Origin: a virus
Strand: one strand, 5' to 3'
Virus record (IMG/VR): IMGVR_UViG_3300005828_000015
Coordinates: 1 to 39,033 of that record
DNA: 39,033 bases
Under the pieces are notes generated by a model, which was given only the letters and a program-made list of their open reading frames with translations, searched no databases and had not been told where the DNA came from. How positions within the stretch are numbered: position 1 is the first letter of the stretch; each line of letters opens with the position of its first letter. The translations under genes were made by a program, and so were the position numbers. Of this stretch, positions 17,605-25,458 are shown piece by piece.

Positions 17605-20367
17605 ATGAGCCGAACCGGATTTATTGAAAAATACGCTTCCGAAAAGACCTTGCTTGTATGGGTTAGTGGTGTTGAGAGGCTATACACATGGACCCTTGAT
17701 TCGGGATCAGTCTATAAAAGGGCGGTTCCGTACTTTGTTACCGGTCTGGCTCAAGGCGAAAATGCATTAGGTCAAGTACAAAGTATGGGCTCGCTATATG
17801 CCGGGAGCTGGTACTATAACTCAGAAACTTCAGTGCTATATGTATGGACAACTGACTCGGGCAATCCACAAACAACAAAAGAAATGATTGTAACGTACAG
17901 ATTCTTTTTTGGAAACAAAACAACAACGGCCTCGTGGAACCTAGAAGACACCGGATCACATGTCAACTATGACGGCTATATTGTTAGCACGCCGGGATAT
18001 AAGCACAAGATCGGGGTCGAACAGGACCTTGTGTCGCTTATAGGCGGCGGAGATCTTGTCCTAGATAACACCGAAAGTTCATTTGATGAGATCTTTGATA
18101 CAATCATTTTTGAGAATAAGCAGGTCTCGGTGTTCTCTTGGGGAGAAGGACTGTTGTTCTCTGAAGCAAAATTGATATTCAGAGGAACAATCAACCAAAA
18201 AAGCTATGACGGAAAAAGGATCAGTTTTAGTGTTAGTGATGATTTGTTTTCCTTAGAAAGAGAAATTTCACAGGAAGTATATACAGACTCTGACAATGTC
18301 GCTGACTCCGTTAAAGGGTCAACAAAAAGATGGGTCTATGGCAGAGTTGACGGACTAAAGCTTCAGTCAATCGATCAAATAGCAAACGGATATAATATAA
18401 CGGGAACCGTTTCTGGAGACGTTAAGAATCGACTACTTAGAGGTGTCGGGACCCTGTTTATTTCAGAGTTGTCACCAGACGATAAACTGACAATAGGGAC
18501 ACAAGAATTTAAGGTGTCAACAATAGAGTCAGACACACAACTGACACTTGACGATATTCCTGAATTCTCATTCACGGGGCTTTCCTGTTCAGTAGCTCCG
18601 GAAGTACCTGTGCGCACAAAAAACAGAGAGTTCCTTGTTGCCGGGCACGCCACGGCAAAACTTACAACAACGGTTGTTTCAATTATCCAGTTCAACCGGG
18701 TTCAACTGTCAAGCACCGCAGGAATAGCAGCCGGAGACTTCCTTGAGTTTGCAACAAGCGAAAGAATAGAGGTTAAAAATGTCGCACCGGGAAACATCGT
18801 TGTTCTTAGAAAAAACTTCATAGTTGCTCCAGCAATATCATCGGCTGTTATCAGGCAACCAGTCCAAAAGATATATGTTCAGTCTGAGGCCGTCCCTGAT
18901 AACGCATACACAATAAACAATACACCAACCGAAACGACTGTCACACTGGATCAGTCAACCGAGTTCGACTTCACACGAGCAACGTCACTTGGGATCGACC
19001 TTGAATATACAAATGGATCAAGGAGGGTTGAGTACGGAGGCACACAAAATCTAAGTGAAATTTTAAATCCGAGGGATTTTATTCGTCCAAGTGATTTGCT
19101 TTATACGACATTCTATGAGGTCTTAAGTGTTGGCCTAGGCTACGCGTTGACCGGGACAATAACAGTTAACGAAAATTCAACGACAATAACCGGGGTTGGG
19201 ACCTTATTTACAACTGAACTTGGTATCGGAGACACCGTCGTTATTGGAGAACTCTCATTAACAGTAGACACAATAGTCAATAACACATCATTCACCGTTT
19301 CAGCTCTTCCGGATTTCTCAGAAACCTCAGTCATTGGTCGAATACTTTCGGAGTCATTTATAGAACTGCGAACACCGTTTGCTGACCCAACACACGTCGG
19401 CCCTTCAAAAGGGAAACTCCCGAACTACATAAGTGACTCAACAATTGTTAGTGCAAACGTCCTTGGTAGAACGGTTGACAACACACCGACGGGAACGTGG
19501 ATCCAAACAGCAGCACAAGCGATTAGAGACCTTATTACACTCAGTGGTATAACCGAAGTCAATAACCAAAGCTTTGTTGATGGACAGGTTGACAACAACG
19601 CACTGGTCTCTCTTGCTGTGCCGCTATCTCCAGGCAGAGGACTGACAAAAATAAAGACAGTTGTTGATTTACTTGCCAAATCAACATATTCGAGTATAAC
19701 ACTTGATAACGACCTTAAGGTGAAATATAAAGTTTTGAATGTCCAGATCAACGAGAACCCAATCGTCATAAAGGATGAAGACGTTATAGACTGGAGGATC
19801 CGAACGGTGAACAGGAAAAACGTGAGAAATGTAGTAGTGAATTACAGACACCGGGATGTTGGTAGGTACTCGTTTGAGAGCTCAGTCAAGACTGAAACAT
19901 ACTTCAATGATTTTGTTGACAAGTATATCGGAACTAACAAGACGAACGAGAGCGACGTTTACCTCTATAACACAGATGACGCCAAAATAATGACACACAG
20001 AATAGCGTATTATAATAGCTTAAGTCGGACTGATTTAGTTGTGACAACCGACCTTAGATTTGAGGGGATTGAAATAGGGGAGGTTGTTGTTGTTAACTTT
20101 GCACGAATGTATAAAAGATTCGGCGATTCGGCATCAAGGAAAAAGGCAATGATCGTTATAGGAAAGTCTGTCGATGGATCAAGGATTACACTTGACATGA
20201 CGGACATGGGGAACATTTGGAACAGGTCGTCAATCATAACGCCAAACACGGCGCCTGATTTTGTCTCAGCAACCGAGGACGAAAAGCTTAAATATGGTTA
20301 TATAACAGACAATTCTGGAATTATTAATGACGACGATGACACAAGTAATACACATTTGATAAGTTAA
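17605..20367 (+). CDS. Large tail-tip or baseplate-hub protein
   Basis: At 920 aa this is the largest ORF. It lies distal to the tape measure gene. No motif was recognised. Confidence 0.5.
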   Translation: MSRTGFIEKYASEKTLLVWVSGVERLYTWTLDSGSVYKRAVPYFVTGLAQGENALGQVQSMGSLYAGSWYYNSETSVLYVWTTDSGNPQTTKEMIVTYRFFFGNKTTTASWNLEDTGSHVNYDGYIVSTPGYKHKIGVEQDLVSLIGGGDLVLDNTESSFDEIFDTIIFENKQVSVFSWGEGLLFSEAKLIFRGTINQKSYDGKRISFSVSDDLFSLEREISQEVYTDSDNVADSVKGSTKRWVYGRVDGLKLQSIDQIANGYNITGTVSGDVKNRLLRGVGTLFISELSPDDKLTIGTQEFKVSTIESDTQLTLDDIPEFSFTGLSCSVAPEVPVRTKNREFLVAGHATAKLTTTVVSIIQFNRVQLSSTAGIAAGDFLEFATSERIEVKNVAPGNIVVLRKNFIVAPAISSAVIRQPVQKIYVQSEAVPDNAYTINNTPTETTVTLDQSTEFDFTRATSLGIDLEYTNGSRRVEYGGTQNLSEILNPRDFIRPSDLLYTTFYEVLSVGLGYALTGTITVNENSTTITGVGTLFTTELGIGDTVVIGELSLTVDTIVNNTSFTVSALPDFSETSVIGRILSESFIELRTPFADPTHVGPSKGKLPNYISDSTIVSANVLGRTVDNTPTGTWIQTAAQAIRDLITLSGITEVNNQSFVDGQVDNNALVSLAVPLSPGRGLTKIKTVVDLLAKSTYSSITLDNDLKVKYKVLNVQINENPIVIKDEDVIDWRIRTVNRKNVRNVVVNYRHRDVGRYSFESSVKTETYFNDFVDKYIGTNKTNESDVYLYNTDDAKIMTHRIAYYNSLSRTDLVVTTDLRFEGIEIGEVVVVNFARMYKRFGDSASRKKAMIVIGKSVDGSRITLDMTDMGNIWNRSSIITPNTAPDFVSATEDEKLKYGYITDNSGIINDDDDTSNTHLIS

Positions 20368-20376
20368 GGAGAGACA

Positions 20377-20889
20377 ATGGCATACGACCCATTAAATGTT
20401 AGTGAAATTGCTGCTGGAAAGCCAACTAAAGAAGAAATATTCACAAAAATAAAGAATAACCAGGACGGGTTTAACGTGGACATTGAGGCACTGAAACAAA
20501 CGTCCGTAATAGACGTGTTCGACGTTAAGTTTGGTGGTCGAATTGACCAATACAGTCAGGCACAGATAAATACAAGGTCACCGGTTTTTCGTGCCCCTGT
20601 TAATGCAACCATTGTTGCATTTAAGGCGTCCTTACTGACTGCGTCGACAAGCGGGGTTCTTGAAATTGAGCTCGAAAAATCAACAGACGAGGGGGTGAAT
20701 TGGTCGCCTCTTTTATTGACTCCTGTTCAAGTCAGTGGGCTCACGGTTGGATCTATTAGTGGATCTGTTAACTGGGTTGATGTCCCATCACAATCATTCA
20801 ACCAGGGGGACCTTCTGCGACTCCTTATAACCGGGGTCCAGGTCGATCAAGGAGAATTCCACGTTTCAATTTATGGGGAGGTATCATAA
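20377..20889 (+). CDS. Hypothetical tail-fibre-region protein
   Basis: An AAGGAGAG SD precedes this 170-aa ORF. Confidence 0.45.
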   Translation: MAYDPLNVSEIAAGKPTKEEIFTKIKNNQDGFNVDIEALKQTSVIDVFDVKFGGRIDQYSQAQINTRSPVFRAPVNATIVAFKASLLTASTSGVLEIELEKSTDEGVNWSPLLLTPVQVSGLTVGSISGSVNWVDVPSQSFNQGDLLRLLITGVQVDQGEFHVSIYGEVS

Positions 20890-21545
20890 TGTCCGCATCA
20901 TTGGTTTATTTCTTAGACAAGGCTATTTTTGGTAGAACCGAATTCCTGTCCGATGGGGCAATTGTTGTTCCAACGGGGGTCACTCAAGTCTTCATTGAAG
21001 GCTGCGGAGGCGGCGGAGGTGGCGCCGGCGGGGCCGGAGGACCATTCCCAGGAGGGTATGGAGCCACGTATGTTTCGGGCATGTTTGTTGTTTCTCCGGG
21101 TGAAACACTAACTGTCTCAATAGGACTCAGCGGCGTCGGCGGGACTGCCGGCTATGGACTCCCCGGCGGGAATTCAACTGTCAGCGGATCAAGTAGTGGG
21201 TTAATTTACAGAGCAAATGGCGGGAGTGGTGGCCCTAATAGTGTAAACTTAAATCTTGGTTTAAATGTTTCTTTGGTGCCTGGAGGCACCGCTGACGGAT
21301 TTAACGGATCAAACAACCCCTACGGCGTCTATTCGGGTGGTATTGCCACTCCTGGCGCGGGAAACGGCGGCGGCGGCGGAGGAGGACCCTATGGCAACGG
21401 AGGGGCCGGAGGAGTTGGCGGCGGAGGTGATGGAGGCCCAGCCGGAAACAACACAGGCGGCGGAGGTGGAGGAGGAACGACAACCGGCGATGGCGGCAAC
21501 GGCGGTTCAGGAAGAGTCATTATATATATGGTTAATCACGTCTAA
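20889..21545 (+). CDS. Glycine-rich tail-fibre-associated protein
   Basis: The 218-aa product has the N-terminal beta-like segment VVPTGVTQVFIEGCGGGGGGAGGAGG. Long poly-Gly tracts follow, and the protein ends in GGNGGSGRVIIY. This resembles phage glycine-rich domain proteins. Confidence 0.55.
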   Translation: MSASLVYFLDKAIFGRTEFLSDGAIVVPTGVTQVFIEGCGGGGGGAGGAGGPFPGGYGATYVSGMFVVSPGETLTVSIGLSGVGGTAGYGLPGGNSTVSGSSSGLIYRANGGSGGPNSVNLNLGLNVSLVPGGTADGFNGSNNPYGVYSGGIATPGAGNGGGGGGGPYGNGGAGGVGGGGDGGPAGNNTGGGGGGGTTTGDGGNGGSGRVIIYMVNHV

Positions 21546-21557
21546 TTAAGGATTGGT

Positions 21558-21767
21558 ATGAAACACATTAAAAGTGACATAGAAAAAATGATTACGAAAA
21601 TTGAAGACAACCAGGACTCAACAAACGGCCTGGTTGTGGTCATGTTTAGTGCAGACGGTAGAACCTTTGTGGATCATTCCTGTACCCTGAATCAGCTTGC
21701 GATTGCAATAGCGTCCCTACAGGCGGAATATAACCGTTATTATAATGAGGAAGTTTCTCTAAATTAA
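21558..21767 (+). CDS. Hypothetical protein (69 aa), last gene of the late operon
   Basis: An AAGGA SD precedes the ORF. Confidence 0.4.
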   Translation: MKHIKSDIEKMITKIEDNQDSTNGLVVVMFSADGRTFVDHSCTLNQLAIAIASLQAEYNRYYNEEVSLN

Positions 21768-21969
21768 TTTGAAAGTCTTTTATGTTACAATGTTTTGTGC
21801 GAAGTTTTCCAACCCTTTCAAGATAATGTCCTGACTTGTGTATGTAGTCGTTGATTAATCTTGTTTCTTTGAACTTTCCCCCGTCTTTGACTTCAGTCGT
21901 TTGTTAGATTGATTACCCATAAGACCCCCTTGAGTACAACGGTTATTGATATAATTAATGTCTCTTGTT

Positions 21970-22929
21970 TTAATACTTCCCTCTACTTAATTGCTTCATA
22001 GCAAGTTTTACGTATTCAAAAACATCCTCACATTCTTCTTCAGAGTATTGATTCTCATTTCCTATTTGCCTGTAGTTCTTCTCAAAATCTTTAAGAGAAT
22101 CCCAAGTGTGACAGCCTATGCTGATGGCTGCAGCAGTTACCGTAATTGGGTGCCTGTGAAAGGAAATGGAGACGTAGTCTTTAGTTGTTTTGATGTTTGA
22201 AGAACCAGAAACCAAAGCATCACCATAAACCCAAGCATCACCATAAACCCAAGCATCACCATAAACCCAAGCATCACCATAAACCAAAGCATCACCAGAA
22301 ACCCAAGCATCACCATAAACCCAAGCATCACCATAAACCCGAGCATTATCATAAACCTTAGCATTATCATAAACCTGAGCCTTACCATAAACCCAAGCGT
22401 TATCATAAACCCAAGCATCACCATAAACCCGAGCATTATCAGAAACCCTAGCATTACCATAAACCTTAGCATCACCAGAAACCCTAGCATCACCAAAAAC
22501 CATAGCATTACCAGAAACCCTAGCATCACCAAAAACCATAGCATTACCAGAAACCCAAGCGATATTATAAACCCTAGCATTACCATAAACCTTAGCATCA
22601 CCAGAAACCCTAGCGATATTATAAACCCTAGCATTACCATAAACCCAAGCGATATTATAAACCCTAGCATTACCATAAACCTTAGCATCACCAGAAACCT
22701 TAGCATTACCATAAACCATAGCATCACCAGAAACCTTAGCATTACCATAAACCTTAGCATTACCTAAAACCATAGCATCACCGTCCTGAGATAGGTTACT
22801 CTCTGATTGAATGTAACCACCAAGATCACCTTGTTCAACTCCGTATCTTGGAATGTCTATTAAGGCTTTAATTCTATATAGTGTTATTCCGTCATATTCT
22901 ATTTTATCATCTGTTAGTTCGTATTTCAT
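21970..22929 (-). CDS. Hexapeptide-repeat (predicted left-handed beta-helix) protein of unknown function
   Basis: The 319-aa protein has a 49-aa N-terminal domain (ITLYRIKAL...GDLGGYIQSESNLSQD). About 33 consecutive hexads of the form G-[ND]-A-x-V-[YSF] follow. The C-terminal 70-aa domain contains ISIGCHTW. Confidence 0.8.
   Translation of the reverse strand: MKYELTDDKIEYDGITLYRIKALIDIPRYGVEQGDLGGYIQSESNLSQDGDAMVLGNAKVYGNAKVSGDAMVYGNAKVSGDAKVYGNARVYNIAWVYGNARVYNIARVSGDAKVYGNARVYNIAWVSGNAMVFGDARVSGNAMVFGDARVSGDAKVYGNARVSDNARVYGDAWVYDNAWVYGKAQVYDNAKVYDNARVYGDAWVYGDAWVSGDALVYGDAWVYGDAWVYGDAWVYGDALVSGSSNIKTTKDYVSISFHRHPITVTAAAISIGCHTWDSLKDFEKNYRQIGNENQYSEEECEDVFEYVKLAMKQLSRGKY
22189..22782 (-). 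repeat. In-frame 18-nt-periodic tandem repeat array (about 33 units) encoding the hexads
   Basis: Units such as accataaacccaagcatc, accagaaaccctagcatc and accataaaccttagcatt recur with few substitutions. All three frames on this strand stay open across the array. Confidence 0.9.
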
Positions 22930-23219
22930 ACATTACCACCATCTCTGTACTTTATTGTTTGTAAATAACGCCGAAGGTCGTTTTTATACCAACCTCGATC
23001 CAATAGTCTCATTTTAATTTCTTTTTTGAAGAGCTTTTCGAGAGTTAACTTTCGTGGATTTTTGGATCGGGTCTTGATACTGACCTTGCTAACAAAGGGA
23101 TAGTCGCCGGAGCTTCCTCTAAAAAAATACAAAAAATGAGGATGCCCTGGTTCGTCGTATGGCCCGAAGAGTGAACCATTTTCATATATTTTATTGACAA
23201 TCATATCAAGTCTTTTCAT
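22926..23219 (-). CDS. Hypothetical protein (97 aa)
   Basis: A strong GGAGGGGAG SD precedes the ORF. It is ATGA-coupled to the hexapeptide gene. Confidence 0.55.
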   Translation of the reverse strand: MKRLDMIVNKIYENGSLFGPYDEPGHPHFLYFFRGSSGDYPFVSKVSIKTRSKNPRKLTLEKLFKKEIKMRLLDRGWYKNDLRRYLQTIKYRDGGNV

Positions 23220-23235
23220 CTCCCCTCCAGGTTCA

Positions 23236-23436
23236 TTAATATATCTTCTCCAAGACTACTTTATAAACAAAGTCCTGACAACTATTATTTATAAAATCAA
23301 GCTCATCTTCACTTAGGTCGCGCCCTTCGTATCGTCCTGATACAATGAACGCGTCGCAGTAGTCTGGATAATCACTGTGATCAATCCCATCAATCTCGAT
23401 ATCCTCTATCTTAAGCAGATCAGTCACCCTTAACAT
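23236..23436 (-). CDS. Small, highly acidic protein (66 aa; 11 Asp + 6 Glu against 6 Lys/Arg)
   Basis: The ATG at 23436 lies 7 nt downstream of AAGGAG. The tracked upstream start at 23508 would overlap the methyltransferase gene by 89 nt. Confidence 0.55.
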   Translation of the reverse strand: MLRVTDLLKIEDIEIDGIDHSDYPDYCDAFIVSGRYEGRDLSEDELDFINNSCQDFVYKVVLEKIY

Positions 23437-25048
23437 TTTCTGACTCCTTAACAAAAACAAGCAAAGATTGGTCGCGTTTGCTAAATTGAGAGTATTTATT
23501 CGCTTCACGCCCTGTAATAGTGTCTTCTAATAATTTAAATCCAGTCGATGTGATCACCTTAATCCACTCATCTTTCTTCTTTTTATCTTTCTCAGTCTGA
23601 AGAGCTAGAACGCCGCCTTCAATCAAATACTCATACACATTTTTGAATACAGGAATTGTGACCTTCTCATGGAATTCAGCATATGTTTTACACTGCCACA
23701 CAACATCGCTTGTAAACCCATACTCTTCGAATTGAAAATATGGCGGACTCGTGTAGCATAGGTCGAATGTGTTGACCAACTCTGACAAAAACACCGAAGA
23801 GTCCTGATGGCGAATCTCAACTTTAGCGTCATTGATTTCGCAATCATCTATGGCCCTTTGAACATAGGGCAAGAGATAGTCGTCCATTGTGTTCTTATTT
23901 AAATCAAATCCAAGATAGTTTTTGTTATTAGCCTTTGCATATAGAGGACTTGTCCCCCATCCACAGAAGGGGTCAAACCAGTTACTACATTGAGCCACCA
24001 AGTCTTTGTTTATTTTCCAATTGCCAGCAATTCCGTACTTGTTCTTTTGAAAAACAGGCGGATGTTCAAGTCCATCTACCGGACCTAGAGCAGCGGGTAC
24101 CGTGAGCCAGTTCGAGTTTCCGTTTGAGGCGCGGCTGGCGCGGCTGGCATTGCTGACGCTGCTGGCATAGCTGGCGCGGCTGGCATTGCTGACGCTGCTG
24201 GCGCTGCTGGCATAGCTGGAGTTGCTTGCATGGCTGGCGCGGCTGGCGTGGCTGGCGTGGCACGCAATCCCCAACTTTTTGCTTGTAGAGGCCTTGGTGT
24301 AAAATCCATACAGCTCTTCGTTAACTCCGGTCAGCTCTCCCTCTTTTAATAGACGCTTTTCATTGGATTTATAAGGGTCAGTCTTTACGTGCTTTATTTT
24401 ATCAAAGAGCCATTGTCTTTCTGGCAAAGCCTTTATGTTTAAATCTTCGCACCATTGTTCTACTGTACGCTGATTCGTTCTTTGTCTAAAGATTTCATTC
24501 TTAGCCATATTCGTGCCCTCATCAAAAAGCGAAAGGGCTTTTTCCTTGTCTGGGTAGACCGAGTCTTTATTAATAAAGCGCCGAATCTTACTGCCGTCAA
24601 CCGTACGAACGATCCCATCAAAATCCATGTAACCATTTTGGCCAACGTACTTCCATGCATAAGTTGCTCGACTTGTGCAATCAAGCCAGGTTGGTTCGCT
24701 GTCCTTGTGGTAAGATTGAGAGTCGTTTCTACGGTGACGCTGTGACCAGGCGCTCAGTTGCCTGAGGACTTTAACTTTGCCGTGTAGATACCAATGGAGT
24801 TCTTCCTGTAACTTTTTACGGTTTCTGATGGCATCTATTCGCCAACCGTAATACTCCATTAGTATTAGGGCAGACAACTTTTGCTCATAAGTTGCCTCTT
24901 TAGTGATTCTACGTTTTTCAGCATAGCCGATAAGGTAATCGCACGTATTCCACCAATTCATGTTTATTATATCCCGAACTATGTAGGGTACCGATTGTTC
25001 ATCGACAGCGAAATGTTCATTTTCAAATAAAGCGTTTAGTAGTCTCAT
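23420..25048 (-). CDS. Composite DNA amino-methyltransferase (N6A/N4C type) with an unknown N-terminal domain of about 290 aa and a Ser/Ala repeat linker
   Basis: Motif I is FDPFCGWGTS and motif IV is CYTSPPYF, in the order I then IV. The ATG at 25048 overlaps the GNAT stop (ATGA); the tracked start at 25066 is TTG. Confidence 0.75.
   Translation of the reverse strand: MRLLNALFENEHFAVDEQSVPYIVRDIINMNWWNTCDYLIGYAEKRRITKEATYEQKLSALILMEYYGWRIDAIRNRKKLQEELHWYLHGKVKVLRQLSAWSQRHRRNDSQSYHKDSEPTWLDCTSRATYAWKYVGQNGYMDFDGIVRTVDGSKIRRFINKDSVYPDKEKALSLFDEGTNMAKNEIFRQRTNQRTVEQWCEDLNIKALPERQWLFDKIKHVKTDPYKSNEKRLLKEGELTGVNEELYGFYTKASTSKKLGIACHASHASRASHASNSSYASSASSVSNASRASYASSVSNASRASRASNGNSNWLTVPAALGPVDGLEHPPVFQKNKYGIAGNWKINKDLVAQCSNWFDPFCGWGTSPLYAKANNKNYLGFDLNKNTMDDYLLPYVQRAIDDCEINDAKVEIRHQDSSVFLSELVNTFDLCYTSPPYFQFEEYGFTSDVVWQCKTYAEFHEKVTIPVFKNVYEYLIEGGVLALQTEKDKKKKDEWIKVITSTGFKLLEDTITGREANKYSQFSKRDQSLLVFVKESENVKGD
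24124..24264 (-). repeat. GC-rich tandem repeat encoding (S-x-A-S)n low complexity inside the methyltransferase
   Basis: The 36-nt unit ctggcgcggctggcattgctgacgctgctggcatag at 24135..24170 repeats at 24171..24215 with a 9-nt internal duplication. The peptide is HASHASRASHASNSSYASSASSVSNASRASYASSVSNASRASRASNG. Confidence 0.85.
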
Positions 25049-25458
25049 TTTATATTTTTCTCCCAATATAACATATTTTTACCGGCCCACAGTGAGGCTG
25101 GCATATACAGCCGAAATCCACAGGCCTGTAAGTTGTAAAACGACGGCGCGTTATCGGTTGACGTGTATGTAACAACGATACTTATTCCGTTCTGCTTTGC
25201 CCACCGAAGACGGACCTTTATCATTTTTTGCTGAAGTGCGCGTCCTCGGGCACACGCCAAAAGACCGCTCCTGGACAAAAACGCAACTCCGGGTTCCCCT
25301 GGTATTTCATAGCAAGAACAAAACCCAACCGGCATTTTGTCTCTGTCATACATTAACCAAAATTGCTCGTTCTTTCTTGGTCGCCACTCGTCGTTTGGAA
25401 GGATCACCTTATGGAGCGCCTTACAAGCGTCCGGATCCTTTACTTTTCTAAGCTTCAT
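25045..25458 (-). CDS. GNAT-family N-acetyltransferase
   Basis: The motif A-like segment is LLACARGRALQQKMIKVRLRWAKQNG, followed by NAPSFYNLQACGF. The product is 137 aa. Confidence 0.6.
   Translation of the reverse strand: MKLRKVKDPDACKALHKVILPNDEWRPRKNEQFWLMYDRDKMPVGFCSCYEIPGEPGVAFLSRSGLLACARGRALQQKMIKVRLRWAKQNGISIVVTYTSTDNAPSFYNLQACGFRLYMPASLWAGKNMLYWEKNIK

Noticed and set aside
20929-21549. ORFs 20929..21111, 21265..21549 (+) and 21301..21483 (-)
   Set aside because: These are alternate frames of the Gly-codon-rich region of 20889..21545. GC-rich repeats suppress stop codons in every frame.
21768-21969. Convergent 202-nt gap, expected to hold a bidirectional terminator, and a 21-aa basic mini-ORF (MGNQSNKRLKSKTGESSKKQD, - strand)
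   Set aside because: I could not find a convincing GC-rich stem with a U-tract on either strand. The mini-ORF has only a weak SD-like AAGGGGG and is too short to support.
22137-22760. 207-aa ORF (MLRFMVMLRFLVML...) on the - strand inside the hexapeptide gene
   Set aside because: It is an alternate reading frame of the 18-nt repeat array. Its periodic nonsense composition comes from the repeat keeping all frames open. The G-N-A-x-V-Y frame has proper N- and C-terminal domains and operon coupling.
22189-22782. Possible CRISPR array, given the regular short repeats
   Set aside because: The period is 18 nt with no unique spacers. The array sits in frame inside a 319-aa ORF. No cas genes or leader are present.
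24066-24309. Two - strand ORFs rich in Q/R/P and A/P/M (24066..24263 and 24085..24309)
   Set aside because: Both are alternate frames of the GC-rich Ser/Ala repeat inside the methyltransferase gene. They have no SDs and are low-complexity artefacts.
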